Shown here: in pieces, positions 29,201-37,178 of the stretch | How the letters are laid out: every line of letters starts with the position of its first letter | Position numbering within the stretch: the stretch's first letter is position 1 | NCBI GenBank assembly: GCA_023150835.1 | Contig: JAKLKB010000084.1 | Span: 1-42,330, forward strand | Reading direction: 5' to 3' | DNA from: Myxococcota bacterium | GTDB taxonomy: Bacteria; Myxococcota_C; UBA6777 | DNA: 42,330 bases | Made by a program: the position numbers and the translations under genes | The notes under the pieces: model-generated | Told to the model about the DNA's origin: nothing | The model's database searches: none | What the model saw: the letters and a program-made list of their open reading frames with translations, nothing else

Positions 29201-30783
29201 GCCGCTTGAAAGTGATGCCCTCTCCCCTTCCTGCCGCGATCTCTCCGCACCCGAAAGCGCCGCGTTTTCTTGTCGCAGGAGAAGCACCCTTTTTCTTTTA
29301 CGCTCGCCGCGAAGATGCCCTGCTCACCCGCCCCGAAAGCCTCGCCGCCTTCAAGCAGCGCATCCAACAGATCCGTCAAAGCGATCCTGCCCTCACCGTC
29401 GTGATCACACAGCTTCCCTCGTTTGCTTGGTCGCCCGCCTCCACCGACCGCGCTCTCTCTCAAACCGCCCCCTCGCTCTCTCTCAAACCGCGCCATCGAC
29501 CGACCTCTGCGCCGACTTCGACGCCCCCATCGCCCATTCTGGCCTCTTCTCCCGAACTCTTGCGCCAACTCGATCAGATCGAAGCCAAGATCGAGATCTT
29601 GCACAAAGCGGGTCTTCACGTCGCCTTGCAGATCGATCGCCGCAGATGGAGCGCGTGGAACCCACTCGAACGCATCCAACGTGCGATCTACTTGATCGAT
29701 CGCCTGCATCCGATCGCGCCGCTGTTGTGGGTCGCTGATCTTTCTGGCAAAGACGACACGCAAAAACATCGGTGGTTTCCGCAGATGCTTCAAACATGGA
29801 CCATGCTTCGCTTGATCGATCCGCAAGCACTCCAAGCCTACCAAAAAGATCCGAAAAAAGCCCAACCCCCTCCGCTCTTGGCTGCGCCGCCTCTTTCTCT
29901 TGCCTATCTCGGAAAGCCCCAGTCTACCGCTCGCTTAGAACAAGCAGAAAAATCCTTTGCGATGCTGTGGCTAGAAACCCAAGCCTTGGAACGCGAGATC
30001 AGAGACTTCAAACTACTTGAGCGCAAACGCCCGATCGTTCTCTCTTGGGCCGATCTACCGAAAAAAGCAGACGACCTCTCACCTGCCGATCCCAAATCTC
30101 CCAATCCACCGAAGATATCTCTACGATGGGCCGCCTTTCTCTGGCGCTCCCATCTGCTCGGCTTTCACCACACAGGCCCGTCTCTACCCACCCGATGGCC
30201 CGAAAGCACCCCTGCACCCGCCTCTCCAGAACAAGTCCCCCTCGCCCAACGCATCCCGTTGCTCATGCGGGGCTTTTTCCAATCTTTTGATTGGACGCAG
30301 CTTCAACCCGCGATGCACAGCCTACGTCTGCGCGAACATCAAGCCTTTGGCGCAGAAACCCCCGCCCCACGACAAGCCCAACAACCCCACCATGCGGTCG
30401 TTTGGGTGCGTGACAGCGTGCGCGGCAAACTTGAGTTCGAACGCCTCAAGGATCTCTCCAAACACCGCTACACTTGGCTCGATCCGATACGTGGACAACA
30501 GCCCATCCAACCGCAACTTCTACCGCCCGCTCCAAAACGCGGTCAACCCGAGACATTTCAACTTCCCTTTCGCCCTGCTGTCTTGTACCTCTTTCGTCGC
30601 CCGCCCCAAAAAGGCGATAAAAAACAACAGCCTCAACCCCAACCCAGCCCAAAACAAGATCGCGTCTCACAACGCCAGCAGATCCGCAATCGTCTCAAAC
30701 GCCTCCAAGAAGATCGCCGCGATCTCTTGCGTAAGATGCTCCAAAAACAAAAACCAACCTCGCTTTCCGACAAACGCGGTTAG
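26260..30783 (+). CDS. Giant BatC-like TPR protein with a ~1200-aa inserted region
   Basis: Position after batB; TPR motifs FNLGAVY, AHYNLG, DAEKNQE; Q/P/K-rich linker and terminal charged helix. Two internal modules with W..RF.P...G.W.[Y/F] motifs. Confidence 0.75.
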   Translation: MPSIQPRPIALLTRTLRLFRSAPLLTRTLRLCETTLPPQPPNKQRLFTYTLRLCGLLSALFFLPACEQFPWTQQNQQNERFLRHQEGLQSYKEGRFIEAQRLFLDLQSKQPESRLLMFNLGAVYLQIAKQEKKAEARQPLLEKSEKMLKAALDKSSADIRQKAHYNLGLLYTEKKQYEEALFHFSSANQLARKILKQPDADAEKNQEILSMLLRQRKREQQKLSSSRVFRYEEKVFTLRAKQPTTDPHLHIALQGVFVHETTQTRVILSGYPTSEQQWQLRFVPVHSGKWRYTIQTIQQKRPDGSTTRLDTSLHDQGLFQVLPSARPGQLIVATDNPARFAWKKPEEAKDLTKKKKTAPSTNNPNPSASPNSPKPPTPNKDAASGKEADKKQPQIAKDERILVWRGLAVENLFSPTLQDKDFDAHLRLFEALQLNGILLSIDIDNLFVVSQGQVRPEQAAWQRLQKRLTEMQKNPIHTWAFVFNLRTRHAHSSAIWSAILSHTHARLAHTHAIWSLRDLPPSLQTQTHAWLVTHDPYAQPIAWPRFPKELLSKLIALHTPKAPTTRTSPQPNRTTSPLTQPSPQPNSTKDPKSPTQPRLRDVLHTHEQGEMAMMMRPQVMTPWLAELPIHEKLDPKAFLQTWWRRYLTGIHITLRFPRPLHKNEIDTLHTWLQKAATQEELPPHPDASTASATSKPTAQASTASATSKPTAQASTASATSKPTAQASTASAASKPTAQASTASATSKPVSQPVFAKGDLSRPFLHAHLLRMRWERFLATIDLHEYLRPDPISVRVPDYAALAKRPPQQINASSIPWRTVPMYGYVATNGLTTLYMPPPQRTEKPPKIQWKQYKLDLDFVWYNAQTGKFLETQKLRQVTGLEITHPKEEAHIAKVMIADHPAHTAYTVHLPHKPLHLESPTPLHLQAWEIVITPPKRPAFRVPFLRTSHGWEARFRPDQPGLWTFQIHHQNKPPQGDLGLISRLKVMPSPLPAAISPHPKAPRFLVAGEAPFFFYARREDALLTRPESLAAFKQRIQQIRQSDPALTVVITQLPSFAWSPASTDRALSQTAPSLSLKPRHRPTSAPTSTPPSPILASSPELLRQLDQIEAKIEILHKAGLHVALQIDRRRWSAWNPLERIQRAIYLIDRLHPIAPLLWVADLSGKDDTQKHRWFPQMLQTWTMLRLIDPQALQAYQKDPKKAQPPPLLAAPPLSLAYLGKPQSTARLEQAEKSFAMLWLETQALEREIRDFKLLERKRPIVLSWADLPKKADDLSPADPKSPNPPKISLRWAAFLWRSHLLGFHHTGPSLPTRWPESTPAPASPEQVPLAQRIPLLMRGFFQSFDWTQLQPAMHSLRLREHQAFGAETPAPRQAQQPHHAVVWVRDSVRGKLEFERLKDLSKHRYTWLDPIRGQQPIQPQLLPPAPKRGQPETFQLPFRPAVLYLFRRPPQKGDKKQQPQPQPSPKQDRVSQRQQIRNRLKRLQEDRRDLLRKMLQKQKPTSLSDKRG
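28318..28502 (+). repeat. In-frame 39-bp tandem repeat, ~4.7 copies (ASTASATSKPTAQ)
   Basis: Unit GCCTCCACAGCATCCGCCACTTCCAAGCCTACGGCCCAA starts at 28318, 28357, 28396, 28435 and 28474 (last partial). Confidence 0.95.
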
Positions 30784-30827
30784 CCTTCCCATCCAAACGA
30801 AACGCGGTTCGCCTTCCCACCCAAACG
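30772..30827. repeat. 28-bp tandem duplication spanning the batC stop codon
   Basis: AAACGCGGTTAGCCTTCCCATCCAAACG followed by AAACGCGGTTCGCCTTCCCACCCAAACG (2 mismatches). Confidence 0.85.
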
Positions 30828-30840
30828 AAAGGATCACGCG

Positions 30841-33800
30841 ATGTCGCCGCACCAAGCCCCTCTTCGGATCGCCTCTTCTGCGCGTTGCGGCCTGTTTTTG
30901 CTCGCTCTCTGGGCCTTGACGCTGTGTTCTCCCGATGCCCACGCACAAACCGACCGAATCCTGCTACTCTCGCAGAGCCAACATTACCAACCGGGCGAAC
31001 GCATCGCAGTTTATGCTTTCTTTTTTCGGATGCCTGAGCAGTTTTCCTTCTTTCGTGTATGGGAACGCGCCTTACAAAGCAACCAAGACTTCACGCTACG
31101 AAAAACCGAACGCCTCTCGATCGTTCAAGAATACGGACGGGACCCCAACGGCTTCCCCAGCGAGTCTTACAACGTCCTGTACCGCCTTGAGATCGAACCC
31201 AAGCGCCACCAAGGAACCCTTCAATACGGCCCCTTGCGCCTCCAATCTCTCATCAGCAACACTCTGCGCTTCACCCCTCAAAGCGCCACGCCGCGCTCTT
31301 CGATCCAAAGCGAAGCCAGTATCCTCACCCCCACCCGCCAACAAGGAACCCCCCTCCAGATCCGCTATCGCTTCCGTTGCCCCCTTGCGCTGTGCAACTA
31401 CGATCAACTCGACCAAAATGACCTACTCCAACACCTTCGCCAAAAAGCCCGACTCTCCGACATCGAAGGCTTATGGCCCGCCCAAACCAACGTCACCCCC
31501 GAAGTCCTTACGGCCACCTCACACCTTACCCTCCAATACACCTTCACTTTTTACCCCACCCGCAGCGGCTCCCTCCAAGCCCCACGCCTGCGCGTCCCGA
31601 TCCCCACCCTCCAAGCCCTCGACGTTCGGCCCATCCAACACCGCATCACCCAATGGCTCCAATCCACGCACAACATCCCCGCCCCAAACGCCCAACGCTA
31701 CATCCAGATCGAGCGCAACAACCCCAACCGCATCCAACTCCAAACCGAGATCACCCCGCCTCTCTCCTTGGAGATCGCCCCCGTCCTCGGCTGCCCCGGC
31801 CAATGGAAGCTCCACAGCCGTCTCGTCACCCCCGAAAAAAGCAACGCCGTCTATTGGGAGATATCCCTTCGCGGCGATGGCTTCCTTCTACTCGCGCTCC
31901 CTGCGCTGCGCCGCGCCCTTCAAGACACCCTCACCCAACACAAACTCTCCCAAACTCTCGAACTCGCCCACGCCATCTGGCGCGCCCCCCAACAAGATCT
32001 CCACCAACAAATCGAGATCGCTTACTACTTTGCCCTCCCCGCCCAACGCCCTGCACTTCCCGCGATATCCATGTCTTTCCTCAACGCCCAAAACCAACCC
32101 TACACCCAACAAACCCCTGCCATCGACCGCAACGCCCGCGTCACGCCACTCAACGAAACCTTTGCTCCCGCCCCCAACGAACGGCGCATCTATCTTTATT
32201 ACGATCGCGCCCCAACCACCGAACAATCCGAACAAGCAGAGATCTGGGCCTACCAACTTCCCGAAGGCTTTCCACTCCCCACACTTATGTCGCAACGCTG
32301 GTCACTCAAACAGCCCCCACAGATCAAACACGAAAGAAAAGTACGCAACATCACCCGCCGCCATCAAACACGCGGAATGTTCGGCATGATGACACAAGTC
32401 GTCACCCAAGGCGTCCCCATCGATGTCCACACCGCACAAACCGAAGCCATGTTGCGCTCTGATCCTCTAGCGCGTGTTTTTCCCACCGTCTATTGGGGTT
32501 CGCAGCGACTTTCCATCCAAGAAGAAACGGGCAGCGGCCTCACCCTTTCCGCTCAGACTTCCCAAAAACGCTACTTTGTCGGCGAAGATATCGAATACAA
32601 GGCTGATCTGCAATGTCCACCCAACGAATGCACCCCCAAAACACCCGGCTTTTACAAACAAATCTTTCAAAAACATCTCAAGATCCCAAGCTTTGACCGT
32701 TTCAGCGGTTGGCAAAAATTAGACGACTTCACTCGCCGCGATCTGCCCGATGGACGGGCGATCTTTACCTATCGCGTCCGTTTCAAAACCAACCAAAGCG
32801 GCCCACTCTCTCTGCCCTCCGCCTCTCTTCGCCTCCCCGAACAAGTCTTACAATCCCTCCAAGCCGAACACCAAGTCTGTTTCTTTCGTGGAGGACGCGC
32901 CGAAGAACGCCTTGCAAGCGCGATCATGCGCGATCACATGAACCTCAAAGGCGAACAAGAATGTGCCACAGGCACCCAAGAGATCGAAACCACCCCCCTC
33001 CAGATCTCCATCGAAACGCTCCCCGCCGAAGCCCGTGATATCAAACTGGTCGGGATCTTCCGCCTCCAAGCCACCCTCTCTCAACTCAACTTCCCCACCA
33101 AACAAGCCACCGTCACCGACAAACCCTTTTATCTCCTGATCGATATCTCTGGCGATGGCGACCTCAAAACCGCCCAACAGATGATCCAAGATCAACTGGC
33201 TCAGATCACCCGCGACTTGCGAAAAAAAGACGTCACCGCTTACACCGAGATCCCTCCAGACGAGCAAAAACCCGATCGCTTGCGCGTCCAACTCCAACTG
33301 ATCGCCGAACAACCCACCACCCTCCTCCTGCCCTCTCTCTCCCTTCGCTACTACCACCGCGAAGAAGGCGTACTCACCGCCCAAACCCTCCCCCTGTCCG
33401 TTCGCATCGAACCCCGCGATGGTATCGGCGGCGTCGTGACACCTCGCAAAGCCGAGCCATCCCCCACCCCCAAAGAAACCACCTCACTGCTCCAAGAGAC
33501 CGATCTGCGGCCCAATATCGTCCTCTCTCAACAACAAGCCCTTGTCGATCAGTCCTTTTCCCCTTGGGACGGGATGTATCTTTCGCTGCTTGCTGCTTGT
33601 CCCTTGTTGCTGCTGCTGTTTGCGGGGTGGCAACGTCAACTACGCTTGCGCGCAGCCGATCCCACAAAACAGATCCAACAAAAAGCCCTCCAACACGCAC
33701 GCCAAGCCCTCAAACAAGCCCAACAACAGGATGCTTGGGAACGCGCCACCCTGCTCGCTCTCCAAACCTATCTCACAGAACGCCTCAGCCTCCGCCAAAA

Positions 33801-34005
33801 ACACCCCACCAGCGACGAGATCAAGCAGATCCTCACACGCCGATGGCCCGAATACACCCGCCACGATTGCGCCACACATCTCCTCTCCCACCTCCAAACG
33901 CTCGAAGATGCCCTCTACGGCGGAAGCCAGCCCCTCGACGCCAAAACGCGACAACCTTCGATCGAACAAGCCATCAAGGACTTTGACCGCCAATGCCCCC
34001 GATAA
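30841..34005 (+). CDS. BatD-like multi-domain exported/membrane protein (divergent, 1054 aa)
   Basis: Signal ending AHA; repeated beta modules (FYPTRSGSLQAP, GPLSLPSASL, LVGIFRLQA..ISGDGDL, LLLPSLSLRYY); TM near C-terminus, then helical tail with YLTERL..ALYGG; position between batC and batE. Confidence 0.72.
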   Translation: MSPHQAPLRIASSARCGLFLLALWALTLCSPDAHAQTDRILLLSQSQHYQPGERIAVYAFFFRMPEQFSFFRVWERALQSNQDFTLRKTERLSIVQEYGRDPNGFPSESYNVLYRLEIEPKRHQGTLQYGPLRLQSLISNTLRFTPQSATPRSSIQSEASILTPTRQQGTPLQIRYRFRCPLALCNYDQLDQNDLLQHLRQKARLSDIEGLWPAQTNVTPEVLTATSHLTLQYTFTFYPTRSGSLQAPRLRVPIPTLQALDVRPIQHRITQWLQSTHNIPAPNAQRYIQIERNNPNRIQLQTEITPPLSLEIAPVLGCPGQWKLHSRLVTPEKSNAVYWEISLRGDGFLLLALPALRRALQDTLTQHKLSQTLELAHAIWRAPQQDLHQQIEIAYYFALPAQRPALPAISMSFLNAQNQPYTQQTPAIDRNARVTPLNETFAPAPNERRIYLYYDRAPTTEQSEQAEIWAYQLPEGFPLPTLMSQRWSLKQPPQIKHERKVRNITRRHQTRGMFGMMTQVVTQGVPIDVHTAQTEAMLRSDPLARVFPTVYWGSQRLSIQEETGSGLTLSAQTSQKRYFVGEDIEYKADLQCPPNECTPKTPGFYKQIFQKHLKIPSFDRFSGWQKLDDFTRRDLPDGRAIFTYRVRFKTNQSGPLSLPSASLRLPEQVLQSLQAEHQVCFFRGGRAEERLASAIMRDHMNLKGEQECATGTQEIETTPLQISIETLPAEARDIKLVGIFRLQATLSQLNFPTKQATVTDKPFYLLIDISGDGDLKTAQQMIQDQLAQITRDLRKKDVTAYTEIPPDEQKPDRLRVQLQLIAEQPTTLLLPSLSLRYYHREEGVLTAQTLPLSVRIEPRDGIGGVVTPRKAEPSPTPKETTSLLQETDLRPNIVLSQQQALVDQSFSPWDGMYLSLLAACPLLLLLFAGWQRQLRLRAADPTKQIQQKALQHARQALKQAQQQDAWERATLLALQTYLTERLSLRQKHPTSDEIKQILTRRWPEYTRHDCATHLLSHLQTLEDALYGGSQPLDAKTRQPSIEQAIKDFDRQCPR

Positions 34006-34040
34006 TCCGCCCCCACCATCTTTACCCCAAGAGGTCTATC

Positions 34041-34856
34041 ATGCGCCGTACCTCTGCCCTTGGCTTGCTCTCGTGGTTTGCTTTCTTTGTTTGCGCTGCT
34101 TTTTCTTCGGAGGCTTCTTCAAAACCCCGTCCAGCCGATGTCTCTGCATCTGCCGTCTTCATGCAAGCCAACCAGCACTATCACGCCCAACATTACGCAA
34201 AAGCCGTCGAGATCCTCGAAAACTTGCGCACCAAGCGCCATCTCAACCACTTTGCGATCCACTACAACCTCGGCAATGCCTACTTCCGCCTCCGTCGCTA
34301 CGGACACGCGCTCGCCTCCTATCGCCGCGCTCAGCGCCTCCACCCCAACCACGAAGATCTCTTACACAATCTCCAACTCCTCTACCAGCGCACAGGACAA
34401 GCAGACCCCGACAACAATCTCCGCCAACGTGCGCTGTTTTGGTATCGCCTCTTGACGCTGCGCCAGATCTTTTGGCTGACCTTGGCTTGTCTTGCCCTTG
34501 CTTGCTTGCTTTGGGGCGTCTTCTTGCACCGAAACGCCCAAGGGCACAAAGGTATGCGCTGGTGGGCGGCATCCTTCACCTTGATCGCCCTGTTGCTTGG
34601 TGGAAGTCTGACCGCCAAGTTTTACAACGAACAACTCGTCACAACAGGCGTGATCATCGCCCCCAAGATCACCGCACGTTCGGGGTACGGCGAAAACTTC
34701 GAGGCACTGTTCACGCTCCAAGAAGCCGAAGAAGTGACGGTCCGAGAACGCACCGCTGGATGGTTTCGGATCGAAGTCTGGCAAGAAGACACCAAACAAA
34801 AACGCCGATACCTTCGATCAGGTTGGCTGCCCGAACAAACCCTTACCACTCTCTAA
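34041..34856 (+). CDS. batE: BatE-like TPR / TM / SH3-like protein
   Basis: GAGG RBS before ATG 34041; ANQHY, HYNLGNAYFRL...ASYRRAQRLHP...HNL; two TMs; LFTLQEAEEV....GWFRI....GWLP. Confidence 0.85.
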   Translation: MRRTSALGLLSWFAFFVCAAFSSEASSKPRPADVSASAVFMQANQHYHAQHYAKAVEILENLRTKRHLNHFAIHYNLGNAYFRLRRYGHALASYRRAQRLHPNHEDLLHNLQLLYQRTGQADPDNNLRQRALFWYRLLTLRQIFWLTLACLALACLLWGVFLHRNAQGHKGMRWWAASFTLIALLLGGSLTAKFYNEQLVTTGVIIAPKITARSGYGENFEALFTLQEAEEVTVRERTAGWFRIEVWQEDTKQKRRYLRSGWLPEQTLTTL

Positions 34857-34875
34857 TTCGCAGATGTTCGGCTTA

Positions 34876-34988
34876 TACGAGATCCGAGTGATGTATACAC
34901 AAAGGCATCGTACACAGATGCCCTGTAATAGGGCAGCCACAGGGGGCTGCCCCTACGTTTTACGACCAAACCACGGGCGGATTTCGTA
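34876..34988. mobile_element. Family A MITE copy 5 (113 bp)
   Basis: TACGAGATCCG...GGGCAGCCACAGGGGGCTGCCCCTAC...CGGATTTCGTA; flanked by TTA and TCA. Confidence 0.85.
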
Positions 34989-35006
34989 TCATCCCCACTC
35001 AAAGCG

Positions 35007-36140
35007 ATGGAATCCACGATGCGTACAATTTTTTTCTTCAGAACAAGTCGGCTCTTACTCGCTTGGTTCGGCCTTTTGGGGGCCTTGTGCTCGCCATCCG
35101 TCCATGCAGGTCTGCCCCATCCGTATTTTTCGCGCTTCCCCAAAGCCGAAAAAGAACTCGAAGCGCTACTCCAACGCGCTCAGATCCAGCCGCTCGAACC
35201 CCAACCTGCCGATCTGTCGCTCAAGCTCCTTGATGCCCGAGAGTCGAGGCTTTACAACGTCGCTCGCCACCGCGGCCAACTGATCGTCCTGTCCCGATGG
35301 GCCACATGGTGTTCGGCTTGCAAAGCAGAACTCCCTTCCAAACTGGCGATGCACAAACAACTCCAAGACACACGCCTCGCACTGATCGGGGTTTCCGAAG
35401 AAGATCGTGAGACCGTCCGTACATACGAACAAAAAGCCGCAGAGCGCTATCCGATCAGCTTGCTTGATTCCTCGGGCATCGTGCAAAAATTTTTCCCAAG
35501 CAGCGGACTCCCCACCACGATCTTGATCGATGCGTGGGGATGGGTGGTGGGGATGCGTGTCGGCGGCCTTGCATGGGACTCCACAGACACCCTCGCCCTG
35601 ATGCGTTATCTGTTGTCGATGCGCCCCGCACAGCCTTTGCGTGATCAAGCCCCCGCCCCCCAAGCCGAATTTACCCGCCGATGGCGCGTTCGCATCGGCC
35701 AAACCTTCGCTGTACCCGTCACCCTTCGCTGGAACGGAGAAGCCGACAAATACGCCCGTATCGCCTTCCGCCTCCCACAAGATCCCGCCTTCTCCAACGA
35801 AGGTCTCGAAACATCGGGCATCACCTCCAACGACCAAGGCAACCAACGCACCTACACGCTCAAACTCAAACTCTTGCGCACAGGGCGCTTTGAACTCAAA
35901 CCCCTCTTGCTCAACTACTGGCTCAAAGATTACGACCAGCACTTCCAAGCCGACCTCGGCAGCCTCACCGCCCAAGCCAGCGCACTCGCCCCACTCCACA
36001 CTGTCCCACCTTGGACCCTCTGGACCAGTTTGGCCGCTGTTCTCGCTTTCTTGCTCTTCCTTGGCTTCGCCATCCAACGCAGCAGTCAACGCGATCAAAA
36101 TGACCACAACGCCACCCCTCCCCCACGAAAAAAGGCATAA
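35007..36140 (+). CDS. TlpA/ResA-like thioredoxin fused to a BatD-like Ig domain and C-terminal TM anchor
   Basis: Signal ending VHA; WATWCSACKAELP (CxxC), GLPTTILID; then VRIGQTFAVPVTLRW..RTYTLKLKLLRTGRFELKP; hydrophobic C-terminal segment. Confidence 0.85.
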   Translation: MESTMRTIFFFRTSRLLLAWFGLLGALCSPSVHAGLPHPYFSRFPKAEKELEALLQRAQIQPLEPQPADLSLKLLDARESRLYNVARHRGQLIVLSRWATWCSACKAELPSKLAMHKQLQDTRLALIGVSEEDRETVRTYEQKAAERYPISLLDSSGIVQKFFPSSGLPTTILIDAWGWVVGMRVGGLAWDSTDTLALMRYLLSMRPAQPLRDQAPAPQAEFTRRWRVRIGQTFAVPVTLRWNGEADKYARIAFRLPQDPAFSNEGLETSGITSNDQGNQRTYTLKLKLLRTGRFELKPLLLNYWLKDYDQHFQADLGSLTAQASALAPLHTVPPWTLWTSLAAVLAFLLFLGFAIQRSSQRDQNDHNATPPPRKKA

Positions 36141-36240
36141 TACGAGATCCGCCCATAGTGCTACCGTAACGGTGTAGGGGCAGCCCAAGAATCGGGCGTC
36201 TACGCAATATCTTACGATCACACATCGCTCGGATATCGTA
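36141..36240. mobile_element. Family A MITE copy 6 (100 bp, 13-bp deletion in the hairpin)
   Basis: TAA-TACGAGATCCG...CGGATATCGTA-TAA; left TAA is the stop codon of the thioredoxin gene. Confidence 0.85.
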
Positions 36241-36243
36241 TAA

Positions 36244-36356
36244 TACGAGATCCGCCCGTTGCGTGATCGTGACGAGGTAGGGGCTGCCCCCCGTGGCTGC
36301 CCGATGGCAGGGCGTCTACGCACGATCCTTCGATCACACATCTTGCGGATATCGTA
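36244..36356. mobile_element. Family A MITE copy 7 (113 bp), head-to-tail with copy 6
   Basis: TAA-TACGAGATCCG...GTAGGGGCTGCCCCCCGTGGCTGCCC...CGGATATCGTA-TAA. Confidence 0.88.
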
Positions 36357-36497
36357 TAAGTCCGCTGTTGAGGCTTCTATTTGATATACATCACGACAAC
36401 AAAGCTCGCTTGTGCTACACCACAAGACCAGAGTGTCGGCTGTTCGTCAAAGCCATCTGCCACCGCGCTCAAAGCGCCAACGTAGGGAGATTTTTGC

Positions 36498-36962
36498 ATG
36501 AAGCTCCAAAAGATCCTCGTCGCAACCGACTTTTCGACTTGTTCCCAAAAAGCCCTTGATTACGCCAAAGATCTGGGCGCAGCTTTTGGAGCCAAGATCT
36601 TTTTGCTCCATGTCATCGACGTTCCCGCAGAGTTATCGACCGAAGCGATGATCCGCGCAGGCCAAGAAGGCCCCTTGATCAGCCTCGAAGACTATCTGCG
36701 CGAAAGCTGCCGACAAAGCCTCGATGACTTCGCAAACCAAGTCACCAGCGCAGGGCTGGACGTCGAAGAGATCGTCGAAGCGGGTCTCCCCTACCGTGTG
36801 ATCCTTCACAAAGCCGAACACCTCGGCATCGACCTGATCGTCATGGGAACCCAAGGCCGCACAGGGCTCAAACACCTCTTCCTTGGTAGCACCGCTGAAC
36901 GTGTCGTTCGCCAAGCAACTTGCCCCGTCCTCACCCTCCGTTCCTCCGATACTTCCGCGTAA
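36498..36962 (+). CDS. Universal stress protein (UspA family)
   Basis: KILVATDFS, LLHVI, DLIVMGTQGRTGLKHLFLGSTAERVVRQATCPVL; GGGAG RBS. Confidence 0.96.
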   Translation: MKLQKILVATDFSTCSQKALDYAKDLGAAFGAKIFLLHVIDVPAELSTEAMIRAGQEGPLISLEDYLRESCRQSLDDFANQVTSAGLDVEEIVEAGLPYRVILHKAEHLGIDLIVMGTQGRTGLKHLFLGSTAERVVRQATCPVLTLRSSDTSA

Positions 36963-37074
36963 TACGATATCCGAGTGATCTATGATCGAAGGATAGCGCG
37001 AGGACGCCCTATCCTTGGGCAGCCACAGGGGGCTGCCCCTACGTTTTACGATCACGCTCCCTGCGGATTTCGTG
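36963..37074. mobile_element. Family A MITE copy 8 (112 bp)
   Basis: TAA-TACGATATCCG...CGGATTTCGTG-TAA; left TAA is the USP stop codon. Confidence 0.88.
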
Positions 37075-37178
37075 TAAGTACCTCCCCAAATATCCCCCGA
37101 AATATCTCCAAAAAATCCCCCAACAAGCCGCTGCTGTCGAGCAAAATGTCTTTTTAGACCCGCCCAAAGCAACGGCGT

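Noticed and set aside
30935-32462. 484-aa and 329-aa alternative-frame ORFs inside batD
   Set aside because: Low-complexity P/S/T/R translations explained by the C/A-rich strand lacking stop codons.
33542-34891. 449-aa ORF overlapping batD and batE
   Set aside because: Out of frame with two genes that have clear family motifs; no recognisable domain.
36138-37077. Possible CRISPR array from recurring TAATACGA.ATCCG
   Set aside because: The repeats are inverted element ends, the intervening sequences are homologous rather than unique spacers, and no cas genes are present.
37081-37122. Short imperfect repeats (CCCCAAATAT-like)
   Set aside because: Only about three degenerate units of low complexity; no evidence of function.
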